Below are positions 36,112 to 50,081 of a DNA stretch of 64,000 nt, in pieces. The position numbers were made by a program, and so were the translations under genes. Position 1 is the first letter of the stretch. Each line of letters opens with the position of its first letter. This DNA is from Haliotis rufescens (Eukaryota): assembly GCF_023055435.1 (NCBI RefSeq), contig NW_025963857.1, forward strand, positions 23,312,001 through 23,376,000, read 5' to 3'. The notes below the pieces were generated by a model. The model had not been told where the DNA came from. It saw only the letters and a program-made list of their open reading frames with translations, and searched no databases.

Positions 36112-36716
36112 TCAATAATAGCCGATACCTGAAACAAAAAAATAGTAGAATAAAGTTGGGATGTATGGATAAGTCACAACGAAGTCTTGAAACTAGCTGC
36201 ATGATAAACTATACCAAATATTAGAGAAAGCAGAGAATAGTTTTAAAGATGTTTTGTAAATGTCATCAGCTTTGTCGCGGAAAATAGTAATACCACATAG
36301 GTAAATTATGCAATTTTGCAAACGAGACTGGAGGTACATTTACGGATACGATAAACAAATGATATCATATTTTGTGAAATACCTTTTCCCAATCCAATTC
36401 CGTATCCTCCCATTCCGTAGAGACCACCATAGCCCCCGAGTCCTCCGTACAGACCTCCCATGCCGTATCCGTATTTGCCTCCGTATAGACCTCCCATGCC
36501 TCCGTATAGACCTCCCATGCCTCCGTATAGACCTCCATAGCCTCCAAGACCTCCAAGGCCTCCAAGACCTCCAAGGCCTCCGTACAATCCACCCATTCCG
36601 TAGCCAATTCCGCCCAGTCCTCCTTTCAACCCGCCAATTCCACCATACAGACCGATAGGCTCGGCAAAGGCGGTAACAGCCAGGCAGGCAACAAGAGCGG
36701 CGACTATCTTCATCAT
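36112..36716 (-). CDS. Secreted Gly/Leu/Tyr-rich protein copy 2, 116 aa; join(36112..36128,36383..36716)
   Basis: As copy 1, with extra KYGYG; splice sites intact. Confidence 0.88.
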
Positions 36717-39700
36717 TTTGAGTATCTATTGAGTAACGGGAAAATCATTGTCAAGAAAGGTAAAATAGCATGTTATCGTTACTCATCTGGTAAATTCAGT
36801 TCACACCACTCATTGTGAATTATGTTATCAGTTTTGCTTTCACCCGCATTCATATATTTCTCAATTTACAAGAACGTCTTATGTTACATATTCGGACTTT
36901 TATGAATTGGCTCAACATAAAGATTGAAAACAGCCTGATGCGCAGCAGATGAATCAAAAATTAAAAGTATACATATATATCACAAGCAAAATTTCAATTA
37001 GTACTTGCAGTTTGGTCTTTACTCGTATCTGTGTCTCAACGGCAGGTGAAGATAAGAGATGATGGAACAGTTTCCCCCGTCCTTTATATATACCATTTGT
37101 GAATTATACGTGATTGATTTACCTTGGGCTGGCCACTTCCAGGTAAGTAACGCACCTCAGCTTAATGGTGTAAAGTAAGCATTCTTTTCGCATCAAAGGG
37201 CCCGAGGTTATCACCCTACGGGTACACATGCGAGCTGGTATTCATGAACATCGATTAAGGAAGTACAAGACAACGTATATAAAGGTGGCAAACAGACACA
37301 CTCTCTCTGGCATCGTCTAACTGCATTTCAAACAGTCCTCGATACTCAATGTTTAACCTATATTATTTAGGGGCGGTCGGGTAGCCTAGTGGTTAAAGCG
37401 TTCGCTCGTTACGCCGAAGACACGGGTTCGATTTCCGACATGGGTACAATGTGTGTAGCCCATTGCTGGTGTCCCCCGCCGTGATATTGCTGGAAAATTG
37501 CTAAAAGCGGCGTAAAACCATACTCACTCACTCACTTTAACCTATATTAAGTGAATATTCGATAATGGTCTGAAAAGTGTGTATTCAGTAAATATATGAT
37601 GTGGGAGCAACATACATCAGACATTATAATGCATCTGTGTGATACGACATAACATGAGACCAGAAAACTGACGCAACACACCAGTACAGCCTCGCCACAG
37701 TACAGCAGTAGCACTGTACCACACGGGGTCAACTATGCTAACCGTTTCCGTGTAATACAGCAGCCTGCTCACAAGAAAATAGCTTCTGCTGAATATACTG
37801 CAGAAGTCCCCAGATACTACATTATTCTCCCCGAATTTTATTTATCTTACTGCACAATAACTATAAACTACAACAGCTTTATTTCCTAACTGAAAGGGAC
37901 ATATATTGGTTTCTTCTCACAAAGGGACTGTCACTATGAATACTCACAACAACGTTTTATGTGTGTAGTATCTGTTAAAAGCCGAAAGTACACCAGTGTC
38001 TTCTGAAAACATGATTGACATATGAACAACAGCTTGTTTTCTCGTCTTTGATGACTTGTCTTTGTATGTGTTTGTGACGGTGGAACCGATGGGGCAGGAT
38101 ACGCTTACTTTTTGGCAACCGCCCGGTATCATCACTATCTGGTTGGTTAGTTGGTTGGTTGGTTGTTTAACGCCGCACTCAGCAATATTCCTGCTATTAT
38201 ATGACGGCGGTCTGTAAATAATCGAGTCTGGACCAGACAATCCATTGATTAAAATCATTAGCATCGATCCACGCAATTAGGATCGATGACATGCATCAAC
38301 CAAGTCAGCGAGCCTGACCACCCGATCCCGTTAGTCGCCTTTTACGACAAGCATAGTCACCTTTTACGGCAAGCATGGGTTGCTGAAGACCTATTCTACC
38401 CCGGAATCCACTATCTGATAGTCATTCATACGCACATGCTGTGATCATTATAGTCGGAATCGTACAATGGCCTCTGCTTCGAGCAGAGCTTTCGAATGAT
38501 TCTGAAAAGGGTTTTGTGGCGTTTATTTGCAACTGCGTTTCTTGAGAGAACTCTCTTATCTTCAACATATCATCTTGATAATTGTACACTTCATTATCAA
38601 GGAATTTGTGATAATACGAGCATCACTAAATTTGATATCTCAATTTCTATAGATAACGCCTGAATATTGATATAATAATCATTCAATGATGACCCTTTAA
38701 CTACATAAATCGTCAACGCCAGAGAATATTCAGGCTCGATTATCTGTTGAAACAGATTTCATTGGGTGTAAAAGGCAAGATTGTGCTAAAATGTATACTG
38801 AATATCAGTGATGTCACCAGGTGTTAGTGAATAGTTCATATTTGTTGGATGTTTCATGAGCTCCTCCGTCCGTTCCATCGTGTGCCAAATTGGGAGAATG
38901 TTGTCTTTTGACAATGTCTCAGCCATTCATACTTTTGCATATATACTTAATCACTGTTGCAAATAACTCACGTTAACGTGTTTTAATCTTCGGCTGAGTC
39001 TTAGGTCGTAAACATTAGAAGAAAGTAAAGAAATCGTCTCTACCCTTTACGTATGCCCTTGACGTCGACATGATGAGGCAGTAGTGATAGTGATGATTGT
39101 GTTCTTTTAAGGCGTGTTTAGACCAAAACTCTTACCAAGAATAAAACACGCGCAAATCAGTTTGACAATGTGTAACTATATAAGGGTTGCCCAGAAAAAC
39201 CGTACATCTAAAAGTAAAGACGTGTGTTTTCAGAAGAAAATGCTCTTAAAGTATAACACAAAGGTGTTTTCAAAGATAGACATGATCAAACGACTTGTTT
39301 TTACAGTCTGGTTGTTGTTATAAAGACTTATGACACGCTTTAAAGTTGGACCATTTATTCCGCTGAATTTCACTCTCTACAGTTACCAAATGCAATCTCC
39401 TTTGTATTGATAAATGATTGTCACTTCTGCTTTGTAATCAAACAATAGGGATATATTAGCTATTTGTTTGTTCATTGTAATCTTCAATCCTACCAATCCA
39501 GTTCGGAATCTTCAAATTCGCGCTCTGATTTAATCAATATGTATTTTACAAATAGCGCCTACAGGGAAGGTGGTTAGTAAACACACAACTAAATATCTAT
39601 ATAGATACTTCTCCTATTAATTACATAAGCAGTATGCAAAATGTTAAATTGCATCATCAAATCAAGAAGTACATGTTTGATGGAAATTACAAATAATTCG

Positions 39701-40566
39701 TAGTTTGATAAGCTATACCCGGACAAGCGTATTTAATAGTTACTTTTGAATTCAATCGTTTTGTTTGTGTAATTGATAAACTGTAAAGATATGTTATTGT
39801 CATGGAAATTCCAACTGTATGCATTCCCTTCTAACCAAAGCAGTAAGAATCTTGCAACATTTGTTTTGATGCTCTACATCACTATGGCTTTCGGGTTTGT
39901 TTTATTGCAGCAGCTCAGATATTATTTATACAAAGCGCCATAACAACATGTAGATTGTATTCTGAATACAACTTTCGCTCATTTTCAAGGACAGCGCACA
40001 CATTTGCATTTCAATACAGTGCACACTGTCTACCCCTTGATACCGTCAATGACTGCTTTGACAAAAATTGACACGCCTGCTTATTTGTTTCGCTGCATGT
40101 TTTTAAAATGCAAATTGAAATACAGACAGCCAATTCCAGATATTATGGTACTTCAAATGGCCATCAAACCCTTTCCTGGCAGCCCAAATGATACATTCCC
40201 GTGAAACATGAACTCGGGTAAGTGACATTTGGTGGGAGATATATCAAGCATAAAATCCCTCCTCTTATCATCATGTCCGGTTTCCTCAGGAACTTAATAG
40301 CACTTTTCAGTAGTTGATATCTTAGCTAGCAGTAAAACGCAATATCATTGAAGTGTGCTTGGATATTGGTCGACAACACGTACTATGTCCAGAGTTTACA
40401 ATATGAAGAAACATTGATCACTCTTCCATTGTGAACATTCAATTCAGATTAAGATTTTCAAACAAATTTCAAGGCGTAAATAAATATGACAAGATTTTAT
40501 TGAACCAGTTCCATTGGTTTGAGAAAATACATAAATAGCCAGCATCACACTGCAGGTGATAATAAC

Positions 40567-41171
40567 TCAATAATAGCCGATACCTGAAACAAAAAAATAG
40601 TAGAATAAAGTTGGGATGTATGGATAAGTCACAACGAAGTCTTGAAACTAGCTGCATGATAAACTATACCAAATATTAGAGAAAGCAGAGAATAGTTTTA
40701 AAGATGTTTTGTAAATGTCATCAGCTTTGTCGCGGAAAATAGTAATACCACATAGGTAAATTATGCAATTTTGCAAACGAGACTGGAGGTACATTTACGG
40801 ATACGATAAACAAATGATATCATATTTTGTGAAATACCTTTTCCCAATCCAATTCCGTATCCTCCCATTCCGTAGAGACCACCATAGCCCCCGAGTCCTC
40901 CGTACAGACCTCCCATGCCGTATCCGTATTTGCCTCCGTATAGACCTCCCATGCCTCCGTATAGACCTCCCATGCCTCCGTATAGACCTCCATAGCCTCC
41001 AAGACCTCCAAGGCCTCCAAGACCTCCAAGGCCTCCGTACAATCCACCCATTCCGTAGCCAATTCCGCCCAGTCCTCCTTTCAACCCGCCAATTCCACCA
41101 TACAGACCGATAGGCTCGGCAAAGGCGGTAACAGCCAGGCAGGCAACAAGAGCGGCGACTATCTTCATCAT
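40567..41171 (-). CDS. Secreted Gly/Leu/Tyr-rich protein copy 3, 116 aa; join(40567..40583,40838..41171)
   Basis: Same protein as copy 2. Confidence 0.88.
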
Positions 41172-44100
41172 TTTGAGTATCTATTGAGTAACGGGAAAAT
41201 CATTGTCAAGAAAGGTAAAATAGCATGTTATCGTTACTCATCTGGTAAATTCAGTTCACACCACTCATTGTGAATTATGTTATCAGTTTTGCTTTCACCC
41301 GCATTCACATATTTCTCAATTTACAAGAACGTCTTATGTTACATATTCGGACTTTTATGAATTGGCTCAACATAAAGATTGAAAACAGCCTGATGCGCAG
41401 CAGATGAATCAAAAATTAAAAGTATACATATATATCACAAGCAAAATTTCAATTAGTACTTGCAGTTTGGTCTTTACTCGTATCTGTGTCTCAACGGCAG
41501 GTGAAGATAAGAGATGATGGAACAGTTTCCCCCGTCCTTTATATATACCATTTGTGAATTATACGTGATTGATTTACCTTGGGCTGGCCACTTCCAGGTA
41601 AGTAACGCACCTCAGCTTAATGGTGTAAAGTAAGCATTCTTTTCGCATCAAAGGGCCCGAGGTTATCACCCTACGGGTACACATGCGAGCTGGTATTCAT
41701 GAACATCGATTAAGGAAGTACAAGACAACGTATATAAAGGTGGCAAACAGACACACTCTCTCTGGCATCGTCTAACTGCATTTCAAACAGTCCTCGATAC
41801 TCAATGTTTAACCTATATTATTTAGGGGCGGTCGGGTAGCCTAGTGGTTAAAGCGTTCGCTCGTTACGCCGAAGACACGGGTTCGATTTCCGACATGGGT
41901 ACAATGTGTGTAGCCCATTGCTGGTGTCCCCCGCCGTGATATTGCTGGAAAATTGCTAAAAGCGGCGTAAAACCATACTCACTCACTCACTTTAACCTAT
42001 ATTAAGTGAATATTCGATAATGGTCTGAAAAGTGTGTATTCAGTAAATATATGATGTGGGAGCAACATACATCAGACATTATAATGCATCTGTGTGATAC
42101 GACATAACATGAGACCAGAAAACTGACGCAACACACCAGTACAGCCTCGCCACAGTACAGCAGTAGCACTGTACCACACGGGGTCAACTATGCTAACCGT
42201 TTCCGTGTAATACAGCAGCCTGCTCACAAGAAAATAGCTTCTGCTGAATATACTGCAGAAGTCCCCAGATACTACATTATTCTCCCCGAATTTTATTTAT
42301 CTTACTGCACAATAACTATAAACTACAACAGCTTTATTTCCTAACTGAAAGGGACATATATTGGTTTCTTCTCACAAAGGGACTGTCACTATGAATACTC
42401 ACAACAACGTTTTATGTGTGTAGTATCTGTTAAAAGCCGAAAGTACACCAGTGTCTTCTGAAAACATGATTGACATATGAACAACAGCTTGTTTTCTCGT
42501 CTTTGATGACTTGTCTTTGTATGTGTTTGTGACGGTGGAACCGATGGGGCAGGATACGCTTACTTTTTGGCAACCGCCCGGTATCATCACTATCTGGTTG
42601 GTTAGTTGGTTGGTTGGTTGTTTAACGCCGCACTCAGCAATATTCCTGCTATTATATGACGGCGGTCTGTAAATAATCGAGTCTGGACCAGACAATCCAT
42701 TGATTAAAATCATTAGCATCGATCCACGCAATTAGGATCGATGACATGCATCAACCAAGTCAGCGAGCCTGACCACCCGATCCCGTTAGTCGCCTTTTAC
42801 GACAAGCATAGTCACCTTTTACGGCAAGCATGGGTTGCTGAAGACCTATTCTACCCCGGAATCCACTATCTGATAGTCATTCATACGCACATGCTGTGAT
42901 CATTATAGTCGGAATCGTACAATGGCCTCTGCTTCGAGCAGAGCTTTCGAATGATTCTGAAAAGGGTTTTGTGGCGTTTATTTGCAACTGCGTTTCTTGA
43001 GAGAACTCTCTTATCTTCAACATATCATCTTGATAATTGTACACTTCATTATCAAGGAATTTGTGATAATACGAGCATCACTAAATTTGATATCTCAATT
43101 TCTATAGATAACGCCTGAATATTGATATAATAATCATTCAATGATGACCCTTTAACTACATAAATCGTCAACGCCAGAGAATATTCAGGCTCGATTATCT
43201 GTTGAAACAGATTTCATTGGGTGTAAAAGGCAAGATTGTGCTAAAATGTATACTGAATATCAGTGATGTCACCAGGTGTTAGTGAATAGTTCATATTTGT
43301 TGGATGTTTCATGAGCTCCTCCGTCCGTTCCATCGTGTGCCAAATTGGGAGAATGTTGTCTTTTGACAATGTCTCAGCCATTCATACTTTTGCATATATA
43401 CTTAATCACTGTTGCAAATAACTCACGTTAACGTGTTTTAATCTTCGGCTGAGTCTTAGGTCGTAAACATTAGAAGAAAGTAAAGAAATCGTCTCTACCC
43501 TTTACGTATGCCCTTGACGTCGACATGATGAGGCAGTAGTGATAGTGATGATTGTGTTCTTTTAAGGCGTGTTTAGACCAAAACTCTTACCAAGAATAAA
43601 ACACGCGCAAATCAGTTTGACAATGTGTAACTATATAAGGGTTGCCCAGAAAAACCGTACATCTAAAAGTAAAGACGTGTGTTTTCAGAAGAAAATGCTC
43701 TTAAAGTATAACACAAAGGTGTTTTCAAAGATAGACATGATCAAACGACTTGTTTTTACAGTCTGGTTGTTGTTATAAAGACTTATGACACGCTTTAAAG
43801 TTGGACCATTTATTCCGCTGAATTTCACTCTCTACAGTTACCAAATGCAATCTCCTTTGTATTGATAAATGATTGTCACTTCTGCTTTGTAATCAAACAA
43901 TAGGGATATATTAGCTATTTGTTTGTTCATTGTAATCTTCAATCCTACCAATCCAGTTCGGAATCTTCAAATTCGCGCTCTGATTTAATCAATATGTATT
44001 TTACAAATAGCGCCTACAGGGAAGGTGGTTAGTAAACACACAACTAAATATCTATATAGATACTTCTCCTATTAATTACATAAGCAGTATGCAAAATGTT

Positions 44101-45021
44101 AAATTGCATCATCAAATCAAGAAGTACATGTTTGATGGAAATTACAAATAATTCGTAGTTTGATAAGCTATACCCGGACAAGCGTATTTAATAGTTACTT
44201 TTGAATTCAATCGTTTTGTTTGTGTAATTGATAAACTGTAAAGATATGTTATTGTCATGGAAATTCCAACTGTATGCATTCCCTTCTAACCAAAGCAGTA
44301 AGAATCTTGCAACATTTGTTTTGATGCTCTACATCACTATGGCTTTCGGGTTTGTTTTATTGCAGCAGCTCAGATATTATTTATACAAAGCGCCATAACA
44401 ACATGTAGATTGTATTCTGAATACAACTTTCGCTCATTTTCAAGGACAGCGCACACATTTGCATTTCAATACAGTGCACACTGTCTACCCCTTGATACCG
44501 TCAATGACTGCTTTGACAAAAATTGACACGCCTGCTTATTTGTTTCGCTGCATGTTTTTAAAATGCAAATTGAAATACAGACAGCCAATTCCAGATATTA
44601 TGGTACTTCAAATGGCCATCAAACCCTTTCCTGGCAGCCCAAATGATACATTCCCGTGAAACATGAACTCGGGTAAGTGACATGTGGTGGGAGATATATC
44701 AAGCATAAAATCCCTCCTCTTATCATCATGTCCGGTTTCCTCAGGAACTTAATAGCACTTTTCAGTAGTTGATATCTTAGCTAGCAGTAAAACGCAATAT
44801 CATTGAAGTGTGCTTGGATATTGGTCGACAACACGTACTATGTCCAGAGTTTACAATATGAAGAAACATTGATCACTCTTCCATTGTGAACATTCAATTC
44901 AGATTAAGATTTTCAAACAAATTTCAAGGCGTAAATAAATATGACAAGATTTTATTGAACCAGTTCCATTGGTTTGAGAAAATACATAAATAGCCAGCAT
45001 CACACTGCAGGTGATAATAAC

Positions 45022-45626
45022 TCAATAATAGCCGATACCTGAAACAAAAAAATAGTAGAATAAAGTTGGGATGTATGGATAAGTCACAACGAAGTCTTGA
45101 AACTAGCTGCATGATAAACTATACCAAATATTAGAGAAAGCAGAGAATAGTTTTAAAGATGTTTTGTAAATGTCATCAGCTTTGTCGCGGAAAATAGTAA
45201 TACCACATAGGTAAATTATGCAATTTTGCAAACGAGACTGGAGGTACATTTACGGATACGATAAACAAATGATATCATATTTTGTGAAATACCTTTTCCC
45301 AATCCAATTCCGTATCCTCCCATTCCGTAGAGACCACCATAGCCCCCGAGTCCTCCGTACAGACCTCCCATGCCGTATCCGTATTTGCCTCCGTATAGAC
45401 CTCCCATGCCTCCGTATAGACCTCCCATGCCTCCGTATAGACCTCCATAGCCTCCAAGACCTCCAAGGCCTCCAAGACCTCCAAGGCCTCCGTACAATCC
45501 ACCCATTCCGTAGCCAATTCCGCCCAGTCCTCCTTTCAACCCGCCAATTCCACCATACAGACCGATAGGCTCGGCAAAGGCGGTAACAGCCAGGCAGGCA
45601 ACAAGAGCGGCGACTATCTTCATCAT
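45022..45626 (-). CDS. Secreted Gly/Leu/Tyr-rich protein copy 4, 116 aa; join(45022..45038,45293..45626)
   Basis: Same protein as copy 2. Confidence 0.88.
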
Positions 45627-48600
45627 TTTGAGTATCTATTGAGTAACGGGAAAATCATTGTCAAGAAAGGTAAAATAGCATGTTATCGTTACTCATCTGG
45701 TAAATTCAGTTCACACCACTCATTGTGAATTATGTTATCAGTTTTGCTTTCACCCGCATTCATATATTTCTCAATTTACAAGAACGTCTTATGTTACATA
45801 TTCGGACTTTTATGAATTGGCTCAACATAAAGATTGAAAACAGCCTGATGCGCAGCAGATGAATCAAAAATTAAAAGTATACATATATATCACAAGCAAA
45901 ATTTCAATTAGTACTTGCAGTTTGGTCTTTACTCGTATCTGTGTCTCAACGGCAGGTGAAGATAAGAGATGATGGAACAGTTTCCCCCGTCCTTTATATA
46001 TACCATTTGTGAATTATACGTGATTGATTTACCTTGGGCTGGCCACTTCCAGGTAAGTAACGCACCTCAGCTTAATGGTGTAAAGTAAGCATTCTTTTCG
46101 CATCAAAGGGCCCGAGGTTATCACCCTACGGGTACACATGCGAGCTGGTATTCATGAACATCGATTAAGGAAGTACAAGACAACGTATATAAAGGTGGCA
46201 AACAGACACACTCTCTCTGGCATCGTCTAACTGCATTTCAAACAGTCCTCGATACTCAATGTTTAACCTATATTATTTAGGGGCGGTCGGGTAGCCTAGT
46301 GGTTAAAGCGTTCGCTCGTTACGCCGAAGACACGGGTTCGATTTCCGACATGGGTACAATGTGTGTAGCCCATTGCTGGTGTCCCCCGCCGTGATATTGC
46401 TGGAAAATTGCTAAAAGCGGCGTAAAACCATACTCACTCACTCACTTTAACCTATATTAAGTGAATATTCGATAATGGTCTGAAAAGTGTGTATTCAGTA
46501 AATATATGATGTGGGAGCAACATACATCAGACATTATAATGCATCTGTGTGATACGACATAACATGAGACCAGAAAACTGACGCAACACACCAGTACAGC
46601 CTCGCCACAGTACAGCAGTAGCACTGTACCACACGGGGTCAACTATGCTAACCGTTTCCGTGTAATACAGCAGCCTGCTCACAAGAAAATAGCTTCTGCT
46701 GAATATACTGCAGAAGTCCCCAGATACTACATTATTCTCCCCGAATTTTATTTATCTTACTGCACAATAACTATAAACTACAACAGCTTTATTTCCTAAC
46801 TGAAAGGGACATATATTGGTTTCTTCTCACAAAGGGACTGTCACTATGAATACTCACAACAACGTTTTATGTGTGTAGTATCTGTTAAAAGCCGAAAGTA
46901 CACCAGTGTCTTTTGAAAACATGATTGACATATGAACAACAGCTTGTTTTCTCGTCTTTGATGACTTGTCTTTGTATGTGTTTGTGACGGTGGAACCGAT
47001 GGGGCAGGATACGCTTACTTTTTGGCAACCGCCCGGTATCATCACTATCTGGTTGGTTAGTTGGTTGGTTGGTTGTTTAACGCCGCACTCAGCAATATTC
47101 CTGCTATTATATGACGGCGGTCTGTAAATAATCGAGTCTGGACCAGACAATCCATTGATTAAAATCATTAGCATCGATCCACGCAATTAGGATCGATGAC
47201 ATGCATCAACCAAGTCAGCGAGCCTGACCACCCGATCCCGTTAGTCGCCTTTTACGACAAGCATAGTCACCTTTTACGGCAAGCATGGGTTGCTGAAGAC
47301 CTATTCTACCCCGGAATCCACTATCTGATAGTCATTCATACGCACATGCTGTGATCATTATAGTCGGAATCGTACAATGGCCTCTGCTTCGAGCAGAGCT
47401 TTCGAATGATTCTGAAAAGGGTTTTGTGGCGTTTATTTGCAACTGCGTTTCTTGAGAGAACTCTCTTATCTTCAACATATCATCTTGATAATTGTACACT
47501 TCATTATCAAGGAATTTGTGATAATACGAGCATCACTAAATTTGATATCTCAATTTCTATAGATAACGCCTGAATATTGATATAATAATCATTCAATGAT
47601 GACCCTTTAACTACATAAATCGTCAACGCCAGAGAATATTCAGGCTCGATTATCTGTTGAAACAGATTTCATTGGGTGTAAAAGGCAAGATTGTGCTAAA
47701 ATGTATACTGAATATCAGTGATGTCACCAGGTGTTAGTGAATAGTTCATATTTGTTGGATGTTTCATGAGCTCCTCCGTCCGTTCCATCGTGTGCCAAAT
47801 TGGGAGAATGTTGTCTTTTGACAATGTCTCAGCCATTCATACTTTTGCATATATACTTAATCACTGTTGCAAATAACTCACGTTAACGTGTTTTAATCTT
47901 CGGCTGAGTCTTAGGTCGTAAACATTAGAAGAAAGTAAAGAAATCGTCTCTACCCTTTACGTATGCCCTTGACGTCGACATGATGAGGCAGTAGTGATAG
48001 TGATGATTGTGTTCTTTTAAGGCGTGTTTAGACCAAAACTCTTACCAAGAATAAAACACGCGCAAATCAGTTTGACAATGTGTAACTATATAAGGGTTGC
48101 CCAGAAAAACCGTACATCTAAAAGTAAAGACGTGTGTTTTCAGAAGAAAATGCTCTTAAAGTATAACACAAAGGTGTTTTCAAAGATAGACATGATCAAA
48201 CGACTTGTTTTTACAGTCTGGTTGTTGTTATAAAGACTTATGACACGCTTTAAAGTTGGACCATTTATTCCGCTGAATTTCACTCTCTACAGTTACCAAA
48301 TGCAATCTCCTTTGTATTGATAAATGATTGTCACTTCTGCTTTGTAATCAAACAATAGGGATATATTAGCTATTTGTTTGTTCATTGTAATCTTCAATCC
48401 TACCAATCCAGTTCGGAATCTTCAAATTCGCGCTCTGATTTAATCAATATGTATTTTACAAATAGCGCCTACAGGGAAGGTGGTTAGTAAACACACAACT
48501 AAATATCTATATAGATACTTCTCCTATTAATTACATAAGCAGTATGCAAAATGTTAAATTGCATCATCAAATCAAGAAGTACATGTTTGATGGAAATTAC

Positions 48601-49476
48601 AAATAATTCGTAGTTTGATAAGCTATACCCGGACAAGCGTATTTAATAGTTACTTTTGAATTCAATCGTTTTGTTTGTGTAATTGATAAACTGTAAAGAT
48701 ATGTTATTGTCATGGAAATTCCAACTGTATGCATTCCCTTCTAACCAAAGCAGTAAGAATCTTGCAACATTTGTTTTGATGCTCTACATCACTATGGCTT
48801 TCGGGTTTGTTTTATTGCAGCAGCTCAGATATTATTTATACAAAGCGCCATAACAACATGTAGATTGTATTCTGAATACAACTTTCGCTCATTTTCAAGG
48901 ACAGCGCACACATTTGCATTTCAATACAGTGCACACTGTCTACCCCTTGATACCGTCAATGACTGCTTTGACAAAAATTGACACGCCTGCTTATTTGTTT
49001 CGCTGCATGTTTTTAAAATGCAAATTGAAATACAGACAGCCAATTCCAGATATTATGGTACTTCAAATGGCCATCAAACCCTTTCCTGGCAGCCCAAATG
49101 ATACATTCCCGTGAAACATGAACTCGGGTAAGTGACATTTGGTGGGAGATATATCAAGCATAAAATCCCTCCTCTTATCATCATGTCCGGTTTCCTCAGG
49201 AACTTAATAGCACTTTTCAGTAGTTGATATCTTAGCTAGCAGTAAAACGCAATATCATTGAAGTGTGCTTGGATATTGGTCGACAACACGTACTATGTCC
49301 AGAGTTTACAATATGAAGAAACATTGATCACTCTTCCATTGTGAACATTCAATTCAGATTAAGATTTTCAAACAAATTTCAAGGCGTAAATAAATATGAC
49401 AAGATTTTATTGAACCAGTTCCATTGGTTTGAGAAAATACATAAATAGCCAGCATCACACTGCAGGTGATAATAAC

Positions 49477-50081
49477 TCAATAATAGCCGATACCTGAAAC
49501 AAAAAAATAGTAGAATAAAGTTGGGATGTATGGATAAGTCACAACGAAGTCTTGAAACTAGCTGCATGATAAACTATACCAAATATTAGAGAAAGCAGAG
49601 AATAGTTTTAAAGATGTTTTGTAAATGTCATCAGCTTTGTCGCGGAAAATAGTAATACCACATAGGTAAATTATGCAATTTTGCAAACGAGACTGGAGGT
49701 ACATTTACGGATACGATAAACAAATGATATCATATTTTGTGAAATACCTTTTCCCAATCCAATTCCGTATCCTCCCATTCCGTAGAGACCACCATAGCCC
49801 CCGAGTCCTCCGTACAGACCTCCCATGCCGTATCCGTATTTGCCTCCGTATAGACCTCCCATGCCTCCGTATAGACCTCCCATGCCTCCGTATAGACCTC
49901 CATAGCCTCCAAGACCTCCAAGGCCTCCAAGACCTCCAAGGCCTCCGTACAATCCACCCATTCCGTAGCCAATTCCGCCCAGTCCTCCTTTCAACCCGCC
50001 AATTCCACCATACAGACCGGTAGGCTCGGCAAAGGCGGTAACAGCCAGGCAGGCAACAAGAGCGGCGACTATCTTCATCAT
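49477..50081 (-). CDS. Secreted Gly/Leu/Tyr-rich protein copy 5, 116 aa (I21T); join(49477..49493,49748..50081)
   Basis: As copy 2 with EPTG instead of EPIG. Confidence 0.88.
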
